NCBI GenBank assembly: GCA_029547045.1 | Contig: JAKPQL010000063.1 | Location: forward strand, 119,727 to 183,726 | Length of the DNA: 64,000 bases | Source: Deltaproteobacteria bacterium | GTDB taxonomy: Bacteria; Desulfobacterota; Desulfomonilia; UBA1062 | Direction: 5' to 3' | Shown here: positions 19,083 to 29,900 of the stretch, one piece after another | How positions within the stretch are numbered: position 1 is the first letter of the stretch | Layout: each line of letters starts with the position of its first letter | Program-made: the position numbers and the translations under genes | Notes under the pieces: model-generated | Told to the model about the DNA's origin: nothing | What the model saw: only the letters and a program-made list of their open reading frames with translations | The model's database searches: none

Positions 19083-20644
19083 CCGTGGACCCTCCTCTCG
19101 CCGGAGAAGGCAAGGGCGAATTCCGTCTCCGTGGCCTCTGCGTCAAGCACGTCGAAGATCCTGCCTTCATGGATCACGGCGATGCGGTCGCACATGCGCA
19201 TGAGCTCGTCGAGCTCGCTGGAGGAGATCACCAGTGTCGTTCCGGCGCCCCGATGGAGATCCAGGAAGATGTGCAGTATAGTCTCTTTTGCCGCAATATC
19301 CACGCCCCGGGTGGGTTCTGATACCATGAGGATCCCGGGGTTCATGGCAAGAGCCCGGGCGATGCATACCTTCTGCTGGTTGCCTCCGCTGAGCTCGCTC
19401 ACCTTCTGGTGCACGCCAGTGCACCTGATGCCGAAGCGCTCGACGCATTCCTCGGCAAATCTGTGCGCGTGCCTCCTGTCTTCCAGGGCCAGCGGCCGGA
19501 AGGGAAATGTGTTCAGGAACGCCCCCTTGCACTGCATGGCAGCGAACACTATGTTCTCCATGATCGAATGGTCTGTCAGCAGACCTGCGGCGCGCCTGTC
19601 CTCGGGGATAAAGAACAGGCCCCGGGATATCATAGCCAGGGCGTTGAGCGGCGCGATATGATCTCTATCCACGAACACCCTTCCGCTGGTGGGATACATG
19701 CCCATGATTCCGTATCCGAAGGCCGGCCTGCCGTGGCCTGACGGTCCGGCGAGGCCAAGGATCTCTCCGCGGCTCACCGTAAGGTCGATGCCGTTGATCC
19801 GCTCCCCCGGCATATCTACGGAGAAACCCTCCAGCCGCAGGGCCTCGGAGCCTTTCCGGGAGGCGCCCTGTCTCTGCGCTCTGGTCACGTGATGGCCGAT
19901 CATGCACTCGGCCAGTGCGTCCACGTCGTATGCGGGCCCGGTGAAACAACCGGCCACCTCGCCGTCCCGCAGCACAGTGACGGCATGGCACAACGTGGTG
20001 ATCTCCTCCAGGCGGTGGGACACGAAGATGAGGGAAACTCCCCGGGATGCCAGGGAGCGCAGCGAGGCAAAGAGCGCCTGCACCTCACCGTAATTGAGCG
20101 CAGATGTGGGTTCGTCCAGGAGCAGCACCCTGAGGTCGTCCCGGTCGATCTCACGGGCAATTTCCACGAACTGCCTCATGTTCACGGTGAGGTCCATGAC
20201 CCGTAGGGACGGATCGAGGCGCACGCCGAGGCGCTCCAGTACGGATGATGCCCGGCGCCTGTTCGCCGGGGCGTTCATAAGGGCGAGGTCGCGGCCCAAG
20301 ATGGCTGTGGGCGCGAAGACCCGCTCCCGGCGGATGGTGACGTTCTCGGTAACGGTCATGGACGGGATGAGGGCGAACTCCTGGTGAACCATGCCGATGC
20401 CGCACCCGATAGCCCTGGCCGGACTCGAAAGGTAAACAGGCCTCTCGTTCAGGAGCACCTCGCCTCCGTAGCCTCCGGTGGCGCTGATGACGGCGCTGCC
20501 GAACAGGACGTTGAGCAGGGTTGTCTTGCCGGACCCGTTCAGCCCCACGAGGCCGTGGATCTCGCCCTCTTCCACATGGAGGTCCACGGATCTCAGGGCG
20601 TCGGTGTTGCCGAAGCGTTTCTTCAGGCCGCGAACAGTGAGCAT
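19079..20644 (-). CDS. ABC transporter ATP-binding protein with duplicated NBDs
   Basis: Two Walker A motifs (GLNGSGKTT, GPSGHGRP-like), two signature and Walker B motifs, RbsA/MglA architecture. The ATG at 20644 is preferred over the track GTG at 20656, which sits inside a hairpin. Confidence 0.85.
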   Translation of the reverse strand: MLTVRGLKKRFGNTDALRSVDLHVEEGEIHGLVGLNGSGKTTLLNVLFGSAVISATGGYGGEVLLNERPVYLSSPARAIGCGIGMVHQEFALIPSMTVTENVTIRRERVFAPTAILGRDLALMNAPANRRRASSVLERLGVRLDPSLRVMDLTVNMRQFVEIAREIDRDDLRVLLLDEPTSALNYGEVQALFASLRSLASRGVSLIFVSHRLEEITTLCHAVTVLRDGEVAGCFTGPAYDVDALAECMIGHHVTRAQRQGASRKGSEALRLEGFSVDMPGERINGIDLTVSRGEILGLAGPSGHGRPAFGYGIMGMYPTSGRVFVDRDHIAPLNALAMISRGLFFIPEDRRAAGLLTDHSIMENIVFAAMQCKGAFLNTFPFRPLALEDRRHAHRFAEECVERFGIRCTGVHQKVSELSGGNQQKVCIARALAMNPGILMVSEPTRGVDIAAKETILHIFLDLHRGAGTTLVISSSELDELMRMCDRIAVIHEGRIFDVLDAEATETEFALAFSGERRVHG

Positions 20645-20655
20645 TGATATGCGCA

Positions 20656-20679
20656 CCCGGGCGGCATGTACCGCCCGGG
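20656..20679 (-). other. intercistronic stem-loop between the binding-protein and ATPase genes (CCCGGGCGG-6nt-CCGCCCGGG)
   Basis: Perfect 9-bp GC stem with no U-tract. Confidence 0.4.
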
Positions 20680-20706
20680 CCTTTGCGGTTTCATTCTAGC
20701 AGATTT

Positions 20707-21813
20707 CTAGTAGTAAATGGAATCAATGATGATGAGGTAGTAGTTGTCCAGGTTCGGCTTCATCTTTGCAAACGACACCTCCACGCCGGCCACCTTCTTC
20801 GCGATGGGCTTCAGGGTGGGTATGTCGAGCCTCTTGATGCGCTTCTCGACGAGGCCCTTGGCGACCTCCACCGAGAACTCGGGGAAGAAGTAGCCTACGG
20901 GCACGGGCCAGGTGGAGAGCCTGCCAGTGCAGCCCGCCTTTGCCGCCTTGTCTCTGATCATGGCGTTGATCTTGTCAAAGTTCCCGGCATCCTCGGCCTT
21001 GATCTCCAGGTTCATGGCCGCCGGGAACCCCTGGGTGGGCGTAGGGCAGCACTGCTCGGCCATGATGAACTTGAGCTCCAGGGCCTTGAGGATGATCACG
21101 TCCTGCATGGGGCAGTTGGTGCCGAAAATGCAGGTGTCCTTGCCGTACTTGGCGATCTGCCGCGTGATGTCCTCCATCAGGAACTGCTGCATGGTGGACA
21201 CGTCACTGCCCGCCTGCGGGTCGGGGGTCATGACCTCCACGAATTTCATGCCGAGCTTCTCGGAGGTCTGCTTCATCATGTCGCGGCGCTTGGAGAGTAC
21301 CTCCTTGGACATGTGCGTGGGGAACGAGTAGTGTATGAAGGTCCTTGCCCCCATCTTCTTGGCCTTGGTGGGGATGGTGATGCCCCGCTGCACCCAGTCG
21401 GTGTCGAGGCTCAAGTCGATGTACTTGGCCATCATGTCCGGGTCGTCCCAGATGGGAGCCGTGATCACGATCATGTCCTTGCGCCTGGCCTTGACCTTCT
21501 CGATGGCTGGCAGTATCCCCGAGTAGCCCGCGCAGATGATGATGGCCTTCACGTCCTTGTCGTTGCCGAGGCTCAGGATCTGCGTTATGGCGGTCTCCTG
21601 CTCGGTCTCGAAGTTGTCCGGCAGGACCAGGTGCCTGATCATGCCCGGGTTGCTCCTGGCGGCCCGCTGGGCCCCCCGGAACTCGTCCTCGCTGGCGGAG
21701 AGAGACGGCGTCACCACGCCGATCTTGTATTTTGGCGCGGCCAGGGCCGTTCCTGCACAGAAAAGGACCGCTACAGCCACGAGAGCCGCCATCCAGATGT
21801 TTCTCCTGTTCAT
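20707..21813 (-). CDS. ABC transporter periplasmic substrate-binding lipoprotein (type-I PBP fold; DUF3798-like)
   Basis: Signal peptide MNRRNIWMAALVAVAVLFCAGTALAA and alternating beta-alpha pattern. It heads the 4-gene transporter operon. Confidence 0.65.
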   Translation of the reverse strand: MNRRNIWMAALVAVAVLFCAGTALAAPKYKIGVVTPSLSASEDEFRGAQRAARSNPGMIRHLVLPDNFETEQETAITQILSLGNDKDVKAIIICAGYSGILPAIEKVKARRKDMIVITAPIWDDPDMMAKYIDLSLDTDWVQRGITIPTKAKKMGARTFIHYSFPTHMSKEVLSKRRDMMKQTSEKLGMKFVEVMTPDPQAGSDVSTMQQFLMEDITRQIAKYGKDTCIFGTNCPMQDVIILKALELKFIMAEQCCPTPTQGFPAAMNLEIKAEDAGNFDKINAMIRDKAAKAGCTGRLSTWPVPVGYFFPEFSVEVAKGLVEKRIKRLDIPTLKPIAKKVAGVEVSFAKMKPNLDNYYLIIIDSIYY

Positions 21814-21847
21814 GTCATTCCCCCTCGTCGGTTTGATTTGTACGCAT

Positions 21848-23026
21848 TCATGCCCCCGCACACGCGGCTCTCCGGCATGTCGCCGTGGCAATCATCTCAA
21901 GGAAGGCGCCGATCCTCGTGCGGATCTGCTCACAATCGTTCTGTGAGTAGTCGGTGCGGATCTGGATGTACGGCCTGCAGCAGCGTTCCTGCACGAACTC
22001 CCGCACCGAGAAGGCCTCCACGTTGTAGGTGTGGCAGGCCTCCCAGGTCAGATCTACAACTCCGTCGATGCGGTAGCGCTGGATGATGTCCGCCAGGAGG
22101 CCGAGCCGGGAGGTGTTGGGCGTCATGCAGGAGCAGGGTATCTCCAGATAGCGCCTGGCCAAGGCACGGAGCGGATCGCCCTCTTCGGGAACCAGGGAGG
22201 ACAGGGTCTTGAGCCCGCCGCAGTTCTCCTGGGCCGCCACCACGGCACCGGACTCCTCGATGATGGTGAGGACCTTCTTGTTGGTGACGGGGCACCCCGT
22301 GAGCAGGATCCTCGGCTTCGGACGCATCTCCCGGAGAAATCCCTCGTCCCGGGCACGTGTCTTCAGGTGGTTGATGGCCTCGTCCATTTCAAGGATGCGC
22401 TCCGCGAGGTTGCAGTCGAACATTGTGTTCCAGGTGATGACGTCGATCTCGCTGCCGGTCACGAGCGGCGCCTCTCCCGTGTTCAGCTCGTAGATCTCCC
22501 TCTTCTTGGCGCGGAATGCGTTGTGGAGCCTGATCTCTCTGGCAAGCCGCTCATGTGTTACGGTGTTCCCGGTCACCGATTCAAGGAGTCGCACCAGGGA
22601 CTTCAGCTCTTCCACCCAGTAGTCAAGGCTCGCTCGGCCCACGGACGTCTGGGGGAGGTTGAGCACGTGCACGGGCTTGATCCGGGAGAGGAGCTCGAAC
22701 ATCTTCTTCTTGCCGTCGCAGGTGGCGTCCGCCAGGAGGTGGTCCGCCGCATGAAAGTACGGGCAGGTGTCGGCCAAGGCATGGCCGTAGCTCGACTTGA
22801 TGAGGGCGCAGAGGTTCTGGGGCAGGTGCAGATGTGCATGCTCCATGGGCTTCTCGCTCCCCGCGCACAGAGACACCGGTATTGCGCCGGCTGCAGTGAT
22901 GAGTTCCTTGGGCGTGAACGAGCAGTACACCCCGAAGACCTTCACACCTTCGGCTTTGAGCGCCCGGGCCTCATGGAAGACCTTCTCTTCGAAACAGCTC
23001 CTGTATGTCTCCCCGAACCTCATCAT
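21848..23026 (-). CDS. 2-hydroxyacyl-CoA dehydratase family protein (HgdB/BcrB-like; double-cubane-cluster family)
   Basis: Conserved Cys positions (CSFTP, LCAG, CDGKKK, ENCGG, CSCM) and a length of 392 aa typical of the family. Confidence 0.65.
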   Translation of the reverse strand: MMRFGETYRSCFEEKVFHEARALKAEGVKVFGVYCSFTPKELITAAGAIPVSLCAGSEKPMEHAHLHLPQNLCALIKSSYGHALADTCPYFHAADHLLADATCDGKKKMFELLSRIKPVHVLNLPQTSVGRASLDYWVEELKSLVRLLESVTGNTVTHERLAREIRLHNAFRAKKREIYELNTGEAPLVTGSEIDVITWNTMFDCNLAERILEMDEAINHLKTRARDEGFLREMRPKPRILLTGCPVTNKKVLTIIEESGAVVAAQENCGGLKTLSSLVPEEGDPLRALARRYLEIPCSCMTPNTSRLGLLADIIQRYRIDGVVDLTWEACHTYNVEAFSVREFVQERCCRPYIQIRTDYSQNDCEQIRTRIGAFLEMIATATCRRAACAGA

Positions 23027-23152
23027 CAGGCTCTATATACAGGACTCAGACTCCGGTCAAATGCAGATAAACTATGGGATGCGCGTCTTCATAGCGATTG
23101 TGAATGCCTTCCCTGCACCTGGGAATGCAGGGCCAAAGCAAGCACATGAGTG

Positions 23153-23872
23153 TCACCTCGCCGGGTCACGGGGTATGCGCACGTCACGGGGCGGCCGGAC
23201 GAGCCGGTAGAACCGCACCCTGCCGGCGCCGAGCAGGTGCCCGCCCACCGCCACGTCGCCTGTGAAACGAAGCCCGCCGCTCCGCTCCCAGGGCGCATAC
23301 GGCCCCTTTGCCTGGGTGGAACACGGGTAGTAAAAGTTCACCACCAGGGAGAGGCCGTGCTCCCTCTCCCACGTTGTGGCGATGAACGGGTTGCCCTCCC
23401 CCAGGAGCGCGGCCTGCGCCGCGGCCAGTGCGACCGCCCAACGCCGGGGGCTCTCAGGGCAGAGGAACATCCGGGAGAAGCGGGAGCGGGGAGATACCGC
23501 CGGGTTGAACTGGCCCTTCTTGAAGATCACACCCCGGAGGCCCCGGCCGTACACGCTTCGCATGGTAGCAGACGCCTCGCCCAGCCTGACCCGGTTCATG
23601 ACCCCCCAGGCTATGGCCTCGTAGACCGCCGCGTCGTCGGGGAACCCAGTGGAGGCGGCCTCGGCGTAGACCAGCCGGGCGAGCAGCTCTTTGTCGTCGA
23701 TCCCCGCCCGCGCCATGACTGACTCAATGGTGGCCGCGGGGTCGGGGGCAAGGCAGGCCGGCACCTGAGCGCCGCAGAGCTCGGGAGCCAGGAAGACCAC
23801 GACCAGGGCCCATCGGCACAGAATCCACCTCGAACTCACGGTTTGGGTGCTCCTGTTCGGCTTCTGTGCCAT
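23153..23872 (-). CDS. SleB-like cell-wall hydrolase (Hydrolase_2 family), secreted
   Basis: LARLVYAEAAS...AIAWGVMNRV motif and an N-terminal signal peptide. Confidence 0.6.
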   Translation of the reverse strand: MAQKPNRSTQTVSSRWILCRWALVVVFLAPELCGAQVPACLAPDPAATIESVMARAGIDDKELLARLVYAEAASTGFPDDAAVYEAIAWGVMNRVRLGEASATMRSVYGRGLRGVIFKKGQFNPAVSPRSRFSRMFLCPESPRRWAVALAAAQAALLGEGNPFIATTWEREHGLSLVVNFYYPCSTQAKGPYAPWERSGGLRFTGDVAVGGHLLGAGRVRFYRLVRPPRDVRIPRDPAR

Positions 23873-24234
23873 ATCCTGAGTATGACCAGCCCGTACACGC
23901 AGAGATTCACCAGCACCACCAGGGATCCCAGGAAAAGCTGGATCTCCCTGGTGAGCCAGGGAGGGTAGATGACGGGCTCGATGAGATGGAGCACGAAATC
24001 GCCACCGTACGACCCCTGTCCCGCCCTGCTCCGCAGGAAGTTCTCAAGGGGGGTCAGCGGGCAGATCCATCCTGCACTCTCCACCATGGCCCCCCAGAGC
24101 ACGCATGGCAGGTGAACCCAGGCCATCCTCGGCCAGGCCGGAATGGTCAGGCCCCCCAGGAGCACGAAGAGGATGAAGGCGAGGTGCACCACCACCACGC
24201 CGTCTGCAAGGTATTGATACACAAGGGGGCTCAT
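23836..24234 (-). CDS. DUF2784 membrane protein
   Basis: HLAFILFVLLGG...WVHLPCVLWGAMVESAGWICPLTPLEN matches the DUF2784 signature. Confidence 0.55.
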   Translation of the reverse strand: MSPLVYQYLADGVVVVHLAFILFVLLGGLTIPAWPRMAWVHLPCVLWGAMVESAGWICPLTPLENFLRSRAGQGSYGGDFVLHLIEPVIYPPWLTREIQLFLGSLVVLVNLCVYGLVILRIWHRSRTGAPKP

Positions 24235-24380
24235 GGATCGAGGATACTCCTGTCCGGGGACCGAATCAATCCGTGGTGCCGCCATCCACCGGAAACCTGG
24301 AGAAGCCAAGAAAATCATCTGTACACGGATCATGGCACAGGTTATGCTTTTTGAACGACCATGCAGAAGGGGAGGTCGAT

Positions 24381-24989
24381 GTGCACATATCAGTGATCCT
24401 TGCCCACCCGTCGCCCGGGAGTTTCAATCATGCCATTGCGCACGCCGCCGATGAGGTTCTGAAGCTGCGGGGGCACGACGTCCTCTTCCATGACCTCTAT
24501 GCCGAACGGTTCGATCCCATCCTGCATGCCGGTGAGATCCCCAGGGACGCGGCCACGTCACCGGAGATCGGGGCGCACTGCCGCGAGATCGCCCGGGCTG
24601 ACGGCATCGTCATCGTCCACCCCAACTGGTGGGGACAGCCGCCGGCCATCCTGAAGGGGTGGGTCGACCGGGTGCTTCGCCCCGGCACGGCCTATGAATT
24701 CGAACAAGGCGATGCCGGGGAAGGGGTGCCCATCGGCCTGCTCAGAGCCAGGACTGCCCTCGTGTTCAACACGTCGAACACCCCTGCGCAACGCGAGAAC
24801 CATTACTTCGGCGACCCGCTGGAAACCCTGTGGAAGAACTGCATCTTCGGGCTCTGCGGGGTGCAGCTCTTCGAGCGCAGGATCTTCCGGGTCGTTGTCA
24901 CGAGCAGCGAGATCCAGAGGCGTCAGTGGCTGGAAGAGGTCCGCCAGACCGTCGACACCTACTTCCCCACGGCAAAGCCACCTGCATGA
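24381..24989 (+). CDS. NAD(P)H dehydrogenase (quinone)/flavodoxin-like fold protein
   Basis: ISVILAHPSPGSFNHAIAHAA and NWWGQPPAILKGWVDRVL are Flavodoxin_2/NQO1-like. GTG start 5 nt after GGAGG; the upstream in-frame track start has no RBS. Confidence 0.7.
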   Translation: MHISVILAHPSPGSFNHAIAHAADEVLKLRGHDVLFHDLYAERFDPILHAGEIPRDAATSPEIGAHCREIARADGIVIVHPNWWGQPPAILKGWVDRVLRPGTAYEFEQGDAGEGVPIGLLRARTALVFNTSNTPAQRENHYFGDPLETLWKNCIFGLCGVQLFERRIFRVVVTSSEIQRRQWLEEVRQTVDTYFPTAKPPA

Positions 24990-25119
24990 TGTCCCGGTGA
25001 GCCCCTCCGCCGGGGGCAGTAGAATCGGCTTGAAATCAACCCCGAGTTATGATATATTTTATACATGGAATGGTTAGCTGCTGTGTATTCCGAGGCCGGA
25101 GTCATCTTGGTCGTTGCGG

Positions 25120-25213
25120 CATGAGGAGGTCGGTCCAAGGATAGTCTACCCCCATAGCCTATGGGAATATCTCCTTCCCGACCACGGACAGGACCTCCTC
25201 ATGGGTTTTCTTT
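25120..25213 (+). terminator. long imperfect hairpin closed by a perfect 12-bp helix (CATGAGGAGGTC, 60 nt, GACCTCCTCATG) followed by GGTTTTCTTT
   Basis: Inverted repeat 25120-25131 and 25192-25203, inner hairpin CCCATA-GCC-TATGGG, T-tract at 25204-25213. A second hairpin CCGATGAG-gacatcggg-CTCATCGG follows. Confidence 0.4.
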
Positions 25214-25534
25214 CCCGATGAGGACATCGGGCTCATCGGCTCATGGCATGTCACCCGGAATACCATCATGGCAACCTGGATTACATTCGTGTATCGCATG
25301 AAACGCGAGGATTACGGACTATTTTTTCTGCACAGAACAATATCAATGGGTTAGGATCCTTCCCTCCCCCCTGGATGCCTTCTATCTTATTGATTTTTCA
25401 AATATATATGTAAACACCTTGACGTTCCTGTCATGGGAATGGTAGTTGTTTCAGCGGAATTACCCGAAAACATCGTGGCCAGCCGTTCTTGGCCGGGAAT
25501 ATGCAAACCATAACTGAGAACGAGGTAAAGTGCT

Positions 25535-26404
25535 ATGCTGATGAGATACCTTCTCGCTCCAGTTGTTTGCTTCATGCTCTTGGGATTCATCGGGGCCGTT
25601 GAGGGCCCTGCATACGCTTCGCCCGTGAACAAGATAGCAACGCCCGTCGAGAAACTGCACCACCAGTCTGCGCAGCATCACGGAACTGATGCCTCCCTGT
25701 CCGTATCGGCCGACACGGGTTCTTCTTCCATCAAAAAGGCGGCCAAACCGAAAAAATCGACCGTAGCAAAGAAGAAGAAATCTTCAAAGGCATCCCTTGC
25801 AAAGACAAGAACCAAGAAGAAGTCATCAAAGGCCATCGCTGCAAAGAAAAAGGCCTCCACGATCCATCGCGTGGCATCTGCAAAAGAGTCCGCCACCGTT
25901 GCCAAGCATGCCCGCGAACTCTACGACCCTTGGCTCTTCAGGAACGCACCGGAACAGTTCAGGGCCGTGACGGGAGAGTCCGGCATCGACGACCTGACCC
26001 TCAGAATCCTCGAGTCTGCATACAGCTACCTCGGCACCCCGTACCGCTTCGGCGGCACCACCCCTGCCGGCTTCGACTGCTCGGGATTCGTCCGGCAGGT
26101 GTTCACGGAAAACGGGATCTCCCTGTCGCGTTCATCCCGGGAGCAGGCCCATGAAGGGGTCCAGGTCCCCCTGTCAGAACTGAAGCCCGGGGACCTGATC
26201 TTCTTCAACATGAACGCAAGGAACAAACGGCGCATCGACCATGTGGGCATCTACATCGGCAACGGCCAGTTCATCCACGCCTCATCAGGCAGGAGCCGGG
26301 AAATCACCATCGATGCCCTCGAGTCCGGGGTCTACCTCCACAGGGTGGTGGGGGCCAGGCGGGTGCTCGCCGATTCCGGCTTCGACGAAGCGGTCATCGA
26401 TTAA
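25535..26404 (+). CDS. NlpC/P60 (C40) peptidoglycan endopeptidase with a Lys-rich linker
   Basis: Signal peptide, K/A/S-rich low-complexity region, catalytic FDCSGFV...HVGIYIGNGQFIHA. Confidence 0.85.
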   Translation: MLMRYLLAPVVCFMLLGFIGAVEGPAYASPVNKIATPVEKLHHQSAQHHGTDASLSVSADTGSSSIKKAAKPKKSTVAKKKKSSKASLAKTRTKKKSSKAIAAKKKASTIHRVASAKESATVAKHARELYDPWLFRNAPEQFRAVTGESGIDDLTLRILESAYSYLGTPYRFGGTTPAGFDCSGFVRQVFTENGISLSRSSREQAHEGVQVPLSELKPGDLIFFNMNARNKRRIDHVGIYIGNGQFIHASSGRSREITIDALESGVYLHRVVGARRVLADSGFDEAVID

Positions 26405-26478
26405 CCCCATTTGCCGTGCGCAGCACCTGCATGGCGGTTGCCCCCTGCACCTGATTCCTGGTATCCTCCCCTCCTGTC

Positions 26479-26853
26479 ATGAACCTGAACGACGCTGCAT
26501 TCGCCCGGATAGTCAGACGGGCAGTTGACCGCATACCCGACGAGATCATGCGCCATGTCCAGAACGTGGCGATCACGGTGGAGGACTGGCCGTCGGAGGA
26601 GCTCCTTGCGGACATGGGCCTGCCCCCGGACGAACCCTTGCTGGGCGTATACACCGGAGTGGCCCTTCCCGAGCGCTCCCTGTCGTCGCCGGAGATCTTC
26701 CCGGACACCATCATCCTCTTCAGGGAACCGCTCCTGGATATCTGCGAGACCGTCGAGGAACTGGAGGAGGAGATCGAGATCACCGTGGTCCACGAGATCG
26801 CCCACTACTTCGGCATCAGCGAGGAGAGGCTCGAGGAGCTCGGCTATGCATGA
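26479..26853 (+). CDS. zincin-like metallopeptidase family protein (DUF1025/PF06262)
   Basis: HEIAHYFG near the C-terminus, about 124 aa, acidic. Confidence 0.65.
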   Translation: MNLNDAAFARIVRRAVDRIPDEIMRHVQNVAITVEDWPSEELLADMGLPPDEPLLGVYTGVALPERSLSSPEIFPDTIILFREPLLDICETVEELEEEIEITVVHEIAHYFGISEERLEELGYA

Positions 26854-26903
26854 ACGCTTTGCCCGGCAACGGGGCCTTCCCCTGACCGCTCCCGGGCCGG
26901 CTC

Positions 26904-29900
26904 CTACTCTTGCGAACCCTGGACGGCCTTCATCCTGGCCTTTTCCAGGTACATGGCCATGTCGGCCTGCTTGATGCATTCATCGAGCTCTTCGCCGGAA
27001 TGGGCCGTTGAAGCGCCGATGGAAAAGCTCACGGGCCGCTCGGGGCTGCTCGCATTGAAGTTGGAGAGGTAGACCCGGAGCCTCCTGAGGGACTGCTCCA
27101 GGACGATGCCGTCCACCGAGGGAAGGATGACGAGAAACTCGTCGCCGCCGGTCCGCGCCACCATGTCCTCGGGCCTGAATGTCTGCCTGAGCACATACGC
27201 GGTGTTCTTGATGAGCAGGTCCCCCGCCGCGTGGCCCTCGGTGTCGTTCACGGCCTTCAGTCCGTCGATGTCCACCACGATGACGCTCGCAGGGAATTTC
27301 CTGCCCGCCTTGAGCCGCTGGATCTCGGTGTCGGCATAGAACCTGTTGTACAGCCCCGTAAGCGGGTCATGGATGCTCAGGTACCGGAGGTGCTCCTCGG
27401 CCTCCTTCCTGACCGTGATGTCCTCCATGTGCACCATGACGAGGTCGGGCGGAACGAAGGCATAGTTCACGGCCATGTACTTCTTCTCCCCGGTGGTCCG
27501 CAGGGTGTCCCAGAACTCGCCCTTGACCGCTGTCTGCTCCCTCAGACACCGGGTCATGTCTTCGAGGATCCACGGCCTTCCCTCGTAAAACACGCCCGCG
27601 GGAACCCCCCTGAACCCCGCTATCCTTCCCCGGGTGAACTCCAGGGCCGCGTCGTTGTAGTCGATGAGGACGAAGTCATCGCCCTGCCCCTTCCAGATGT
27701 ACGTGGGGATGGGGATTCCCCTGAACTGGACACGGAACCGCTCCTCGCTCTGGCGGAGTGCCTCGGCGGAGAGGATCCGCTCGGTGATATCGGCGAACAC
27801 CGCCATCATCCCGGATTCCATGAACGTGCCGGTGATCTCGCAGATCCTGACGCGGCCGTCCTTGCAGGTTATGTGGTATTCGGCGGGTCCGATCCTGGTG
27901 CCTTCCATCTTGGCCCTGGTGGCGTCCGCGTTCCACCTCGCCATGACCTCCTCCCGGTAGGCGGGATCGGGGTAGGCGTGCATGAACCACTCCTCGATGG
28001 TGGGGACATCCTCGAGGGTGTACCCGAAGATGTCGATGAAGACCCTGTTGACGAACTCGATGTTCCCGACATCGTCGGTATACGACGATGCCAGGGGCAT
28101 GTCCTCGAGGATGCGCTTGAAGCGCTCCCTGCTCTGACGCAGGGCCTCCTCAGCCTGTCTCTTCTCCGTGATGTCCTCTCCCGAGCTCAGGGTTCCGATG
28201 ATCTCCCCCTCCTGATCGCGCACTGCGGAGTTGTTCCAAGCGATGAGCCTCCTCGTTCCCGCCTTGGTGACGAGGGAGTTCTCGAAGGAGCGTTCTGCTG
28301 CAAGCTCGCCGTCGATGATGCGCCTGAAGCTGCCCACCACCGCACCCCGCTCCTCTTCAGGAATAAACACCTCGAACCAGTTCCTCCCGAGGAGCTCGGT
28401 CTCGGTGTAGCCGGTGAGCTCGCACCCCCTGCGGTTGATGAGGGTGATCTCGCCGCTGCGGTCCAGGACCACGATCATCACCCGCGCGATATCAAGATAC
28501 ATCTGCACCCTGTCACGCTCCTGGCGCAGTGCCTGGTCCATCCACTTGCTCTCGGTGATGTCGTAGGATACCCCGAGCACACCACTCACCTGCCCGTTGG
28601 CATCCTGCAGGGGAATCCGGCTGGTCCTGAACCAGTTCCTCCTGCCGTCGGACATGATGATGAGCTCCTCGTGCTCAAGGCTTGGCCTGCCCGACTCGAT
28701 GACCTCCCAGTCCCTGGCGCGGAACTGCTCTGCCCTGGCCGCCCACACGAGATCGCGGTCCGTCTTGCCCGCGATCTCGTCGGGCGAGGCGATCCCTGCG
28801 ACCCTTGCCAGCAGACGGTTGCAGCCCAGGTAGGTCAGCTTGCGGTCCTTCCAGTAGACCTGGACCGGGATCGCGTCAATGATCGTACGGAGCATGTGCC
28901 GGGATTCCATTAGCTCCTCCTCCGCCCTCTTCCGCTCGGTGATCTGCCAGACCGAGTTCATGAGCAGGGTGAGCTGCTGGATGTCTGCATCGTCGTAGTC
29001 GGCGGCCTTGTTGGCGACCCCCACCACGGCCACGATCCGATCGGTCCTGAACACGGGGATGGTCAGGAACCGTTTCAGATGGGCATGTCCCTCCGGATAC
29101 CCCTTCTTCAAGGGATTGTGGGCCTCGAAATCGTTCACCACGATGGGCCGTGCCTGCCTCACCGCCTCCCCCCAGATGCCCGTCTTGTCGAGCCGGTAGG
29201 TGGTCAGGGACTCGCGGTCCTGCACCGTACACTCCTTCATGGCCTCCCTGGACCAGCTGTTGAGGGTGAACTCCTGCTTCACGTCGTCGTAGTGGTAGAT
29301 GTAGCCGATCCTGCTCCCGGTCAGTGCGATGACCTCCTCCAGGGCATAGTCGAGCAGCTTCTGGGTGGTGGGGAACTGGAGCTGGGTCATGCGGAGCTGG
29401 CTCTCCATGCGCAGTCGGCTCATGCGGGCCTCCTCCTCCATGCGCCTGCGCTCGCTGATGTCCGTGAACCAGATGTTCACCATGCGGGCACGTCCGCCCT
29501 CGTCCCTGATGAGCATCGCCTTGGAGCTCGTGGGGAACAAGGTGCCGTCCTTCCGGATGCACTCGCTCTCGGGAAAATCTGCAAACCCGGTCTTGAACAG
29601 GGTGTTCCTGATGATGTCCATGGTGATTTCGTGCCATCTGGCCGGGATGAAATCCTTGAAGGATCGCCCCCTGATCTCCCCCATGGAGTACCCGGTCATG
29701 TCCAGTACGGCCTGATTGGCATCGATGACGTGGCCGTCGAAATCGCAGATCACGAGGCCCTCCCTGTTCTGCTCGAACAGACCCCGGTACTTCTGCTCGC
29801 TCACCCTGAGCTCTGCGGTGCGTTCCTGTGCAAGCGCCTCCGCGCGCTGCCTGCGGGTCATCAGCACATGCAGATACATGGACAGGATCAGGGTAAGCCC

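Noticed and set aside
22031-23149. 372-aa plus-strand ORF opposite the 2-hydroxyacyl-CoA dehydratase-like gene
   Set aside because: Antisense artefact. The minus-strand product has conserved Cys ligand pattern.
24990-25534. ydaO/c-di-AMP riboswitch upstream of NlpC/P60
   Set aside because: The conserved ydaO sequence blocks could not be located by eye. Kept only as a generic structured-RNA candidate pending a covariance-model search.
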